Below are positions 41,760 to 51,932 of a stretch of DNA of 64,000 bases, one piece after another. Origin of the DNA: Paramoeba atlantica (lineage: Eukaryota > Protista > Discosea); contig CDRNVI010000053.1 in assembly GCA_977017575.1 (NCBI GenBank), forward strand, positions 806,001 to 870,000, read 5' to 3'. A model generated the notes under the pieces. The model had not been told where the DNA came from, did no database searches, and saw only the letters and a program-made list of their open reading frames with translations. Made by a program: the position numbers and the translations under genes. The number at the start of each line of letters is the position of its first letter. The stretch's first letter is position 1.

Positions 41760-44700
41760 ATGATTTCTACTGATAAAGGGAGCTATCTCTTGTCAGAGGA
41801 CCACTTTTTGGTTAAGGCGTCTGCAGGAACCAACGTTTTTCTCATATCTGAACTTTTTTCGAGTCTTCGCGAGCAAGCAAATATGTATCACCCCTACGCA
41901 CCTGAAGAAACTTTTGAATGTGTTTCTGCTATTAAGGATCATATTCAAGCCTACTTGGCACAATTAGGGCGCGAACACATAGAACGTATTAATCAAGAAC
42001 TGAACTATACATTCAGTGCCAATTCATTGGCCGGGATTCAGGTAATGGAGGCTTTGATTGATGTACCATATATGGAGCATCGAACGAAAAGAGCTCGGTT
42101 TTCTAACTTACTGGCTGCTGCGCTTCAAGTTGCCAATAATGAAGTCACCGTTGATGCTGCAATCTCAGGTTTACATGCACTTGTGAGAGACGGAGGCTCT
42201 TTGGCAATCGAGATTGTTTCTTCTGAGGCTATGCAATGTCTTGAATGGATGGCTGTAGCAGACACTGATCACTATCTTTATACCTCCTGTCGAATAATTG
42301 GCATGCTTGCCGCAGAAGTACCGGAAATGCTACGACCTTCGATTTCAACTGAACCTTTGTTACAGAGTATATGGATTTCACTTTGTCATCCATGTCAAAG
42401 AACGCGTGAATACGCTGGAGAAGCATTAGATCGACTTGTTCATGCAGCAATTGTTCCCCAACAGGCGTTATCCCGCAGTGTAACACAGTGTGAGATGTAT
42501 CTTTCAAAAAAATGTCCGATTAGATTTTGGCACGGGTCTCTCCTGATGCTAATTTGCATTGCTCGAAACACACGAAATCCTGATTATGCTATGACTGTAA
42601 TGGATTTCGTTCTTCAAAAACGTCTTCATACTGACTTATGTTGTCGTTTGACGTTGATTCGCATGATACCTTTTTTTCCGCTAATGACGGACCTTTTCGT
42701 TGCATGTTACATTACGCGCACACTTCGGGAGGTTCTCTATTTCTACACATCAAATGGCGACCCGGCAACAAAATCGTGTGCCTTTATCGCTCTTGCAGAA
42801 CTCATTTCTAATCTAAAACGAGAAGCTGTATTACCCCATCTTAATGACATGATGAAGCGCACGCTAGACGCTTTGTGTAAAGTTGCTAGTGAAGAAGAAG
42901 AAGCAAATAAACAAGTTGATCCTATTTCAGAGAAACCGGGACAAATTCCGATCTCCACTTCAGACTCTGTTAGCATTGCGTCGAAGGCGAACGACATTTC
43001 AGAGACGTCTGACAGTATGGACGGAAACAAGGAAATGTCTCGCATTGGGAGTCCATCTGGAGTTGCTCCCTCTTGTGTATTTCCATTGCCAGAAAATACT
43101 AAGGGTACAACAGAGTCAGCAAATTCAATGCCTGATTCACATATTACGAAACGCAACGTTACGATTGAGGCCTTAAAATGCTTAGGTGAAATAGCCAAAA
43201 TCAGTGACAAAGCATGGTTGCAACCACAAATCGAGGCTTTCATGGATCGTTTATTTGCTGGCGGACTAAATCGTTTCTTGACAGACTCCCTTAGTATTCT
43301 TGGAGAATCACTTCCGGAATTTGTTCCAACCTTTCAAGAAAGGCTTCTCACCATCATAATGCATACGTTACAAACTCCGAAGGAAAACTATGTTGCGAGC
43401 ACCGAGTCCTCTAAGCTTTTGCCGTACAGAGGCAAGCGTCGTCCTCGAATTCGCATTTATGGTCGTAGTTCTCTGACTTTGAAACTCACAGCTCAACTGA
43501 GTGACATATCCCACTTCAGGGACTTTGGTGTATCAGACAAATTCGATCCTTACAGGGACAAAACTCGACACTATGAGCAAGATGAAGGAAAGGTCGCAGG
43601 AAAGCCATCTCTTGAAGACCGTATTCTTGCCGTTCGTACTCTGGCCACATTCAACCCTAAATCCAACGACATGATACAAGGCCTTTTGAGAACCCACCTA
43701 GCCCCCCTTCTCAAAGACCCCAGCGTGGAGCTACGAGAAGTCGTAGTTCGCACTATTCTTAAGATATTTAGCGTCTCATTGGACATAGGTACAGATATCA
43801 CATCCCCCCTCTCAAGTACTACAACCATGTCGCCAACATCCTCACAAAGTTGCCTGATGGTTGATACTGATATTTTGAGAGAAATAGTTGATATTGGCGT
43901 AGCAGACATTGCCGATGGTGTTCGCTACGAGGTAATGAAAGGCTTGGATTCGCGATTAGACTCCCACTTGGCTTCACCGGACATTTTGGAAACTCTTTTT
44001 ATGTCGCTTCACGACGAAAAATTGGGAGTTCGCGAGGCGGGTCTTAGTGTTATTTGTCGTCTTACCAAAGTACATCCTGCGTATGTCATTCCTGCATTGA
44101 AGAAAATACAAGCACAGTTCATTGCTGAGCTACAACATAGTCGCAATTACGCCTATATGGAGCACTCGGCTCGGATGCTTCTACAAATGATATGCAATGA
44201 CATTCCTGTAGAATCACACGGTTCTCCGCAGCAAGATTTTTTGGGACTGGTACTTGAAAAAATACAATCCGGTTCTGGGCCATCACAATTATGTACCACA
44301 CTGTTTGAATTAGTAAGCGGAATAGTTCAGAGATCCATACTTCACCACGACGAGAAAACTACAGGAAATTCTAAAGTTTTGGACGTTGTGGTATCTTCCG
44401 TACAGGATCGAACATCTTCGATACGTCGACGCGCCGCGTTGAATGCACTCGCAGGTATTCTAAGAAGCACTTCTCTTGTATCTGAAGCTTTTCATAAAGC
44501 TTTCCCAGACTTATTCTCAGTCCTGTTACAATGTCTTCATGGCGAAACAAGAGTTGATACACTCACTCGCAGGGAAGTACTTTGTGTTCTCGGAACCGTG
44601 GGGGCAGTTGACCCCATGAGGTTAAAAAGGTTACACGTTCGAAGAAGAGAACAGCGCTTGACGGACGATGAGGCCTCTGCGGTTGAAAGGTTTCTTGTAC

Positions 44701-47700
44701 GTACGATCCTTCCGGCTCGCTGCAATCGTCGGATTGCGGAGCACTATCCTGCCGTTCTCCTTTCTGCTCTAGTTAAAATTTTGAGCTCTCGTTCGATAGT
44801 CTCTGCCTCAGCGATGCAAACCATGAGTTCTCTTCTTACTACCTTGAAGCCAACTCAGCTAGTGCCACACTTGGAGCTTCTCCTGCCTATTGGTCTCCAG
44901 CTTTTATCCGATGCGAACCGGCGCGTCTTTCACGCAGATGTTTTGTCTCATATGCTTTCATTATTACACATTGATCAACAAAAGGCCGATGCTAGTGATG
45001 GATGTCGTCATGCCTTGGTTGTTTTAGAAGCTCTGAGCACATATTGCGAAACCTGTGACACGAATAGTGCCAATACTACTTCTTGCCGGATCCTTGTAAA
45101 TGTCGTTAAAATTTTGTCTGAGATAGCGCGCTCTTTTTCCACTGTTATCCGTCCCGGCATCGAAAGCTGGATTTTCAATTTTATGGTACAACGCATGATT
45201 GAAGATCGTACTGAGAAGCGTGAAATATGTATGCTTGTCATCCAAGGCTTTGAAAGTTTTATTTCGGCGCTCGACAAGGATATTTATTATCTTGTCCCTC
45301 TGATTTTACAGTACATCAAGCCTGCAGCGCACACGCCGACAGGGATAGCACTTAATATGCATTGCTTAAATTTTCTTTCCGTCGCCGCTAAACAGACAAA
45401 CTTTAAAGAAATAAGTACACGTACAGTGCATCATCTTCTTCGACTATTAGAACACACACCGAGTCGCACAGTGGAACATAAGACAACTGAAGTTCTTTGC
45501 GAAATTTTAAAAGCCCTGGGTAAATTCGGAAGCAAGTTCCTGCCGTTAATTCAAATGTACTCAGAGGCCAAGGGTGTCACTGATTCGAATTTTCAACAGC
45601 TTATTCAGCATTTTTCGGGAGTCCAAAATATTCGCACTGATAAAGAAGCTCCTGCAACATCTCCTACATCTCGATCTGCGGAAATCCCTTTTACTGGCGC
45701 CGTGACATCCAGTACAGGTAGTTCCGATCAGACCATCCTCATACTGCGTATGACTCCCCGACGAGAAGTTACACAGAACGAAATTACTTCCACGTTAGCA
45801 AAAGCTCTTGGCACTCCAGCTAGTGATATTGAACTGGTTCATCTTCAACGCACAGTTCCCTACTTGGGTCACATGTACGCCCATATTCGTTTTATTGGTA
45901 GCAATGCACTTCGACTACAAAACTTACTTTTTCAAAAAACGGAGGAAAACTGTTTACCGGCATCTTTACATATAGAAAGTGTCAAACAGAAACAAACTGA
46001 ATTAGTTCCCGAAGAGGGCCTTTCCACACTTATGAGCTTCTTTTCCGGTTCAGTCCCTATAGATCGAAGCACCGCAGAATGGATGCAATGGTTCGACAGC
46101 TTATCGCTAGAAATGTTGCGACACAGCACTGATTCTGGTATGCGATGCATATCATCTCTCGCCAACGAATACAGTCCTCTGATTCGAGATTTGTTTCCCT
46201 ATGTTTTTCACAATGTGTTCAGAAGTTTGCGTGAAGATATTCAAAGCAATATAATGCACTACCTTACGCGCATGGTTCTCGTCTGTGAAAAGGAAGTATC
46301 TGCCCTCTTAATATCTTTGGTTGAGTTTCTTATGCCCTATCGCGTCCCCAAACCCTCTGTAGAATTTTTCTACGGGAAACTTGAAACCCGCCGTGTTCAA
46401 CGTGGTAACCTCTTTGATAAATTCGGAATTGGATACGGAGAAGGTACGGATCCGAAGCCCGCAGATACCGTGTATAATGACCACGTCGTCGTGACACGAA
46501 TAGCTGAAAATTCACCTGGAGCCAATGCCAAAGTACCCGTGGGATCGATTCTTATTGAAATCGACGGGATTCCTGTTCAACGCGTCTCCGAAATTCATTC
46601 TCTACTGGACGGCAGGCTTGAAATCATGTTAACGATACAACCACCTCCCAGAGCGCGATACGTTCATATCATGCGTCCATTTTTTGATCTTGATGTGTTA
46701 ATTCAAGTTTCTCTGGACGCAAATAACTACGCACGAGCACTTCTTTTTTGTGAAACGCAATATATTGAAACTCCTGTAGAGAAGCACGTACATGATTTTC
46801 GAATGGTAAGTCGATTGACATCTCTCTACCAACAATTACACCTTCCAGAGGGAGCGAGTGGTCTTCTTGAACAACTTCTGCGCGATACACAACAGACTCG
46901 GAGCGAGACTTCCAGAAATCTTAAACACGGAGACAACGAAGTAGAGTACCTCATAGAGAAATTCGCCTGCGAGACTGGCCGCGGCGAGGCATTGGAAACT
47001 TTACAACAGTATTCCAGGGCGATTGAGACTTACCGTACTCGTTTATCGGAGTCTGATGCCAAGGGCATGCTTCCTGATCACAGCCAAGTCCTGGGGTTAT
47101 GTCGCTGCTACCGAATAGATGGCTACTGGCCAGAGCTCGTCAACGTTGTCAAAGATTATTGGAGCATTTGCACGACAAGTCAAAGGACAGACCTTGCCCT
47201 TGAATCTGCTGCTGCTGCCTGGTACATGGAGGACTGGAATTTTCTTGATTCTTGCCAACAGGTGCCTCCAGAAAAGCAGAGCGACTTCTACAAAACGGTC
47301 CTTCATATTCGATCCGGGGATTACGAGTCAGCTCAAAAATGTGTGAATCAAGGTCGGAGCCGATTGGACTGCGCACTGTCCGGATCTCTGAAAGACACCT
47401 ATGATATGGGATATGAACACTTGATGAATTTGCAGAATTTATGCGAATTAGAGGAAGTTATTTCCTATGCTCAAAACTTGGATTGGCGAGATCAGTTGCA
47501 ATCAGGATGGCAAAAACGCATTTCAAGCGCCGCTCCTGTTCCTAAACAGCTTTTGGTGAACTTATCCCTCCACGCTTTAGTACGTCCAGTTCACGAAGAT
47601 ATTCCAACCTGGATATCTTTCATAGATATTGCTCGGCAAAAGAATCGTCCACGGATGGCGGAATGTGCACTGGCTCGTCTTCTTTCTGAAGTTCCTACTC

Positions 47701-50700
47701 CGAATACATCTCCACTTCAACTGAAATTTGATCCGGCTTCATGCGATGTCTCGATTGCTATGACATATTTTAAACATTTAAAAAATATCGGTGAACTTCC
47801 TTCTGCATTCGAAAAGTTGTCCTTATTTGTCAGTACTTTCTCTCAGCGCACCGACATTGATAGCTCTGCAAAAGCGATATGTCATCTTACTCTGGGCGAG
47901 TGGAAACAGAGACTTGAGGATATCACCAGCCCATCAGGCGGGATAGTCTCTGATTTCGTGATGAAAAATCTAAAAATTGCAAAGGACTTTGATGATCAGA
48001 ATTTTCGAGCGTGGCACTCTTGGGCAATGGCTAATTTGCACACCGCTCTTTCCTCATCACCTTGGGGAGAGAGTTCCCCTACCGGGTTTGGAGAAACACA
48101 ACTTGCTTATCTAGTTTCCGCGCTGAAAGGATTTTTTCGTTCAGTGCAATTAAGTACCTCTCAAGCTTCCTCTGCAAAAGGGGTACAAAACCAAGACATA
48201 AAACTTCCCGTAACAGGTGACTCAGAGGATGACACATCCGCGTTAGTTCGTGACACTGATCTTCAAGATCTTCTTCGGATTCTTTTCATTTGGTTTAACT
48301 TTGGCCATTATACAGCTGTCTACGCTGAGATGGATCAAGGTTTAAAGCTGGTAAGACTCGATGCCTGGCTAAAGGTGCTCCCACAATTGATATCTCGTAT
48401 TGATATTATTCGCTCAGATGTACGTCAACAACTCCACCAATTATTGAGCCGTTTAGGAGAAGCGCACCCCCAGGCTATGATATACCCTCTCCAGCTTTGC
48501 GCCAACAGCTCCGAGGCTGCTTCCCGCAGCAAAGCTGCGTGTGCTCTTCTAGACTCCATTCGTAGGAAAAATGTATCACTTGTCGAAGATGTTGCCATTC
48601 TCAGCGAAGAGCTCATAAGAGTTGCCATCAGTTCTTGGGACCGCTGGCTAAACGCGATCGAAACAATTGCAAAACAGCGTCGAGGAGATGCTAGTACAGA
48701 TCTTGATCTTTACATGGAGCACATTGGGCCCCTATATTCCGTGCTAGATAACCCAAAGACAAAGGATGAGAGGCTCTTCCAAAAAACACTTGGTCCCTTA
48801 ATAAGACGTGCTTGGCGTTGCATCAACGACCTGCACGAGATTGAAATTCCAGAAGGGGAACAACCGGTAACAGAAGCCAGCCTTCCTGCCACCGAAGCAG
48901 GACGCTTTGCAGAGGCCTGGACACTACTTCGACAAGTCCACCAACGCTTAACGGAAAGAGTGCAATCACTTCCTAAAGTGGTGCCTTTAGAGGACTACTC
49001 GAGTGTTCTAGCGGAGCGCACTTTTACTCTTCCTATTCCTGGAACCTACAATCCACACGGACCCACGCTGCTCTTCTCCGGTTTTCACAGAGATCTGCGC
49101 ATCATTCCGTCCAAGCAGCGGCCACGACGCGTAACCTTACGAGGTGTAAATGGGTATGAATACAAATTTCTTCTAAAAGGGCACGAGGATTTGCGCATGG
49201 ACGAACGTGTGATGCAACTGTTTACGCTATTAAATTCGTTTTTTGCCGTAAGCCCCCAGCTGCCCGCTGGACTTTCTATTTCCACGTATAGCGTCATGCC
49301 GCTCTCTGAAAACGTCGGTTTGATTCAATGGATTGAAAATACTGAGACAGTGTATCAAATGATCACTTCGTATCGACAAGGCAGCGGGACGAGTCTTATG
49401 CTTGAAGTTAATTTATTAACGCAATTGGGAGATCTAAAGCACATCAATGACTTCAGTGACCTACCCTTCGCCAAGAAGCGCGACTATCTTCAGCATGTTC
49501 TAGACAACACCCCCACAAGTGATCTTCGGTTGCTCTTTTGGGAACGTAATGACACGAGTGAAAATTGGATTGAATACCGCACGAATTATATTCGAACGAT
49601 GGCAATGATGTCGATGGTAGGCTATGTCTTAGGTCTCGGTGATCGCCATTTGAACAACATAATGATTCATAGCAGTGGAAATGTTGTTCACATTGACTTT
49701 GGAGATTGTTTTGAGGTAGCTATGGCGCGAGAAAAATTTCCTGAAAAGGTTCCTTTTCGTCTAACGCGTATGTTGGTAGGGGCTATGGAGGCGTGCGGTC
49801 TTGATGGAACTTTTAAGCACATCTGTGAAAGAGTCATGACCGCGCTTCGTAAACACAAAGATTCCGTAACCTCTCTTTTGGAAACTTTTGCGCATGACCC
49901 TCTGCTGAGTTGGCGTCTGGATACCCTCTATGAAAGTTCAACCACAGTAGATGCCGCCAGGGAAGCAGCAAAAAAGACAGTTGAGGTCCTTGAATTTGAT
50001 GATGACCCATCTGGCCCTCCAGCGACTAAAACTCCTGGAGCGGCTACCATTGACGAGGCATCCTTATTGAACGCAGTTGAAAAGTTTTCCTTAATGCCCA
50101 CTGATGAACTTATTTCACGATCTTATCGGGAAAAGGAGTTTAAGCACCACGCGAAAAAGCTTCTGATGCCAAAAGAGAAGGCATTGACAAAGAACTCTGA
50201 AAATGAACATTCCTCAGTCAAGCTCGAGAATCTGGATGCAACTGACATGGTACGCTTGCACCAATATTGTTTACAACACTGGGACACTTTGGGTGCTACA
50301 TCTCCGAGGGCGGTTGGGTTACAAGATACAGTTGATAAAATGGAGGCGCTCTCCCTGTCTTCCCATTTAGAAACGTCTACATCATCAGAGCACACAGGTA
50401 CGCAATCTCGGGACCCAGAGACACGTTTTAAGGTGACGAATACCAAATCATTATCTGAAAAACCTTCAAGCAGGTCGGGAAGTCGGTTGACCTCTCCCAC
50501 AGCTCGATTCACGGCTGACGACCTATCAGAAAACAAGTGCAACAGTACTCTACACTTTGAGGAGGAGAACCCTCTAGAAACTAACGCCGTTACAAATGAT
50601 CCCACCGATGGTCCAGAGCCTTCTTTGGAGGATGAAGAGCCTAACTTCATGGAAACTTCCGAACACTCTCCTGTCCCGATCTGTTCCACAGGTCCCTCTC

Positions 50701-51593
50701 GTTCTCGAATTCTTTTATCCGAGAAACCCACCGACCCCCACGCTCCCCCCCACCACAGCAGTCCCGAGGCCGACACCCCCCCACCCCCCGCACCCCCCCA
50801 CCCCTCCCTCCCCTCCCTCCTCAACCGCATCCACGACCTCCTCACCCAAACCCTCACCTCCTTCCACCCCGCCTTCCTCTCCGCCGTCCGCGTCTTCAAG
50901 GCCGCCTGCCGCCTCTACCCCCACGACCCCCTCCTCTTCCTCAAGGGCGTCGGGGAGCAACCCGAGTCCTTCATGGCGCTCCTCCGCGTGACCTACGGCA
51001 TGAGCGGGAAGAACAAGACCGCGAGGCGCGTCCTGCGCCGGGTGCGGGACAAGCTCCACGGCACCGACTTCCACGCCCCCTGGCCCCCGCGGGGGGGGGC
51101 GGAGGCCCCGGGGTGTGTGCCGCAGCAGACGGAGAGCCCCCGCTCCGGGTCCCCGGGCTCCCCCCCCGGGGTGTTCGACGGCCGCGGGGTGCTGCACCCG
51201 ATGATGTCGTACTGTGAGCGACCGGGACCGATCTTTCTCGGGACCTCGTATGTGGAGTCCACGCACACGATGCTGGGGGGAGGGGGGGGAGGGATAGGGA
51301 TAGGGATGCCGACATGGGGGTATGGGGGGATGGGGATGGGAGGGGGAAGGGGGTGGCTAGGTGGAGGTGAGGAGGAGGGGGGGAATAAAGGAAATAGGGG
51401 GGGTGGGGGAATGAGGGTGGAGGGGGATGGGGGTAGTGGTTCTCCTGGAGGGGAGAATATGGGGGGGTTGTTAACGAGTTCGAATAGTTTTCGGGGGTTA
51501 GAGGTGGGTCAACAGGTACAACGGTTAATTGCGGAGGCGACTTCGGTGGATAATTTGTGTGTGGCGTATGTGGGGTGGTGTCCGTTTTGGTGA
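41760..51593 (+). CDS. TOR3: TOR-family PIKK kinase with PDZ insertion (TOR3/TOR-like 1 type)
   Basis: HEAT repeats, FAT, FRB-like segment, KGHEDLRMDERVMQLF, GLGDRHLNN, IDFGD, FATC GWCPFW; PDZ-like HVVVTRIAENSPG...ILIEIDG. Confidence 0.93.
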   Translation: MISTDKGSYLLSEDHFLVKASAGTNVFLISELFSSLREQANMYHPYAPEETFECVSAIKDHIQAYLAQLGREHIERINQELNYTFSANSLAGIQVMEALIDVPYMEHRTKRARFSNLLAAALQVANNEVTVDAAISGLHALVRDGGSLAIEIVSSEAMQCLEWMAVADTDHYLYTSCRIIGMLAAEVPEMLRPSISTEPLLQSIWISLCHPCQRTREYAGEALDRLVHAAIVPQQALSRSVTQCEMYLSKKCPIRFWHGSLLMLICIARNTRNPDYAMTVMDFVLQKRLHTDLCCRLTLIRMIPFFPLMTDLFVACYITRTLREVLYFYTSNGDPATKSCAFIALAELISNLKREAVLPHLNDMMKRTLDALCKVASEEEEANKQVDPISEKPGQIPISTSDSVSIASKANDISETSDSMDGNKEMSRIGSPSGVAPSCVFPLPENTKGTTESANSMPDSHITKRNVTIEALKCLGEIAKISDKAWLQPQIEAFMDRLFAGGLNRFLTDSLSILGESLPEFVPTFQERLLTIIMHTLQTPKENYVASTESSKLLPYRGKRRPRIRIYGRSSLTLKLTAQLSDISHFRDFGVSDKFDPYRDKTRHYEQDEGKVAGKPSLEDRILAVRTLATFNPKSNDMIQGLLRTHLAPLLKDPSVELREVVVRTILKIFSVSLDIGTDITSPLSSTTTMSPTSSQSCLMVDTDILREIVDIGVADIADGVRYEVMKGLDSRLDSHLASPDILETLFMSLHDEKLGVREAGLSVICRLTKVHPAYVIPALKKIQAQFIAELQHSRNYAYMEHSARMLLQMICNDIPVESHGSPQQDFLGLVLEKIQSGSGPSQLCTTLFELVSGIVQRSILHHDEKTTGNSKVLDVVVSSVQDRTSSIRRRAALNALAGILRSTSLVSEAFHKAFPDLFSVLLQCLHGETRVDTLTRREVLCVLGTVGAVDPMRLKRLHVRRREQRLTDDEASAVERFLVRTILPARCNRRIAEHYPAVLLSALVKILSSRSIVSASAMQTMSSLLTTLKPTQLVPHLELLLPIGLQLLSDANRRVFHADVLSHMLSLLHIDQQKADASDGCRHALVVLEALSTYCETCDTNSANTTSCRILVNVVKILSEIARSFSTVIRPGIESWIFNFMVQRMIEDRTEKREICMLVIQGFESFISALDKDIYYLVPLILQYIKPAAHTPTGIALNMHCLNFLSVAAKQTNFKEISTRTVHHLLRLLEHTPSRTVEHKTTEVLCEILKALGKFGSKFLPLIQMYSEAKGVTDSNFQQLIQHFSGVQNIRTDKEAPATSPTSRSAEIPFTGAVTSSTGSSDQTILILRMTPRREVTQNEITSTLAKALGTPASDIELVHLQRTVPYLGHMYAHIRFIGSNALRLQNLLFQKTEENCLPASLHIESVKQKQTELVPEEGLSTLMSFFSGSVPIDRSTAEWMQWFDSLSLEMLRHSTDSGMRCISSLANEYSPLIRDLFPYVFHNVFRSLREDIQSNIMHYLTRMVLVCEKEVSALLISLVEFLMPYRVPKPSVEFFYGKLETRRVQRGNLFDKFGIGYGEGTDPKPADTVYNDHVVVTRIAENSPGANAKVPVGSILIEIDGIPVQRVSEIHSLLDGRLEIMLTIQPPPRARYVHIMRPFFDLDVLIQVSLDANNYARALLFCETQYIETPVEKHVHDFRMVSRLTSLYQQLHLPEGASGLLEQLLRDTQQTRSETSRNLKHGDNEVEYLIEKFACETGRGEALETLQQYSRAIETYRTRLSESDAKGMLPDHSQVLGLCRCYRIDGYWPELVNVVKDYWSICTTSQRTDLALESAAAAWYMEDWNFLDSCQQVPPEKQSDFYKTVLHIRSGDYESAQKCVNQGRSRLDCALSGSLKDTYDMGYEHLMNLQNLCELEEVISYAQNLDWRDQLQSGWQKRISSAAPVPKQLLVNLSLHALVRPVHEDIPTWISFIDIARQKNRPRMAECALARLLSEVPTPNTSPLQLKFDPASCDVSIAMTYFKHLKNIGELPSAFEKLSLFVSTFSQRTDIDSSAKAICHLTLGEWKQRLEDITSPSGGIVSDFVMKNLKIAKDFDDQNFRAWHSWAMANLHTALSSSPWGESSPTGFGETQLAYLVSALKGFFRSVQLSTSQASSAKGVQNQDIKLPVTGDSEDDTSALVRDTDLQDLLRILFIWFNFGHYTAVYAEMDQGLKLVRLDAWLKVLPQLISRIDIIRSDVRQQLHQLLSRLGEAHPQAMIYPLQLCANSSEAASRSKAACALLDSIRRKNVSLVEDVAILSEELIRVAISSWDRWLNAIETIAKQRRGDASTDLDLYMEHIGPLYSVLDNPKTKDERLFQKTLGPLIRRAWRCINDLHEIEIPEGEQPVTEASLPATEAGRFAEAWTLLRQVHQRLTERVQSLPKVVPLEDYSSVLAERTFTLPIPGTYNPHGPTLLFSGFHRDLRIIPSKQRPRRVTLRGVNGYEYKFLLKGHEDLRMDERVMQLFTLLNSFFAVSPQLPAGLSISTYSVMPLSENVGLIQWIENTETVYQMITSYRQGSGTSLMLEVNLLTQLGDLKHINDFSDLPFAKKRDYLQHVLDNTPTSDLRLLFWERNDTSENWIEYRTNYIRTMAMMSMVGYVLGLGDRHLNNIMIHSSGNVVHIDFGDCFEVAMAREKFPEKVPFRLTRMLVGAMEACGLDGTFKHICERVMTALRKHKDSVTSLLETFAHDPLLSWRLDTLYESSTTVDAAREAAKKTVEVLEFDDDPSGPPATKTPGAATIDEASLLNAVEKFSLMPTDELISRSYREKEFKHHAKKLLMPKEKALTKNSENEHSSVKLENLDATDMVRLHQYCLQHWDTLGATSPRAVGLQDTVDKMEALSLSSHLETSTSSEHTGTQSRDPETRFKVTNTKSLSEKPSSRSGSRLTSPTARFTADDLSENKCNSTLHFEEENPLETNAVTNDPTDGPEPSLEDEEPNFMETSEHSPVPICSTGPSRSRILLSEKPTDPHAPPHHSSPEADTPPPPAPPHPSLPSLLNRIHDLLTQTLTSFHPAFLSAVRVFKAACRLYPHDPLLFLKGVGEQPESFMALLRVTYGMSGKNKTARRVLRRVRDKLHGTDFHAPWPPRGGAEAPGCVPQQTESPRSGSPGSPPGVFDGRGVLHPMMSYCERPGPIFLGTSYVESTHTMLGGGGGGIGIGMPTWGYGGMGMGGGRGWLGGGEEEGGNKGNRGGGGMRVEGDGGSGSPGGENMGGLLTSSNSFRGLEVGQQVQRLIAEATSVDNLCVAYVGWCPFW

Positions 51594-51932
51594 AAAGAGA
51601 GGTGGATAGGATAGTGGTGCGGAGTGGTGGTGTTGAAATAGAACGAAAGATCCATTAGGGGTCTTATTTTGTAGTTTGTGTTTTTTGACATGCTTCGTGT
51701 TTTTTGTATACAGTAGAACATCTTACAGTCTTGTACTGTGTATTGAGTGTTCAATGCGCTTGATTTCTCTTTTACAGAAATTAAAGAGAATGTGTCCTTG
51801 CAAAAGTACATTGCTGTTTTCTTATGTAAATTTAGAATAATCACTGCCTTGCTGTTATTGAAGAATTACTGCTACTGATTATTGTCCACGTGTCTGAATC
51901 TATCAATAAATGAAACCTATGATCTAGTGAAT

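Noticed and set aside
50123-51315. Several 110-260-aa minus-strand ORFs
   Set aside because: Antisense to the TOR C-terminus in extreme GC/skew sequence; low complexity.
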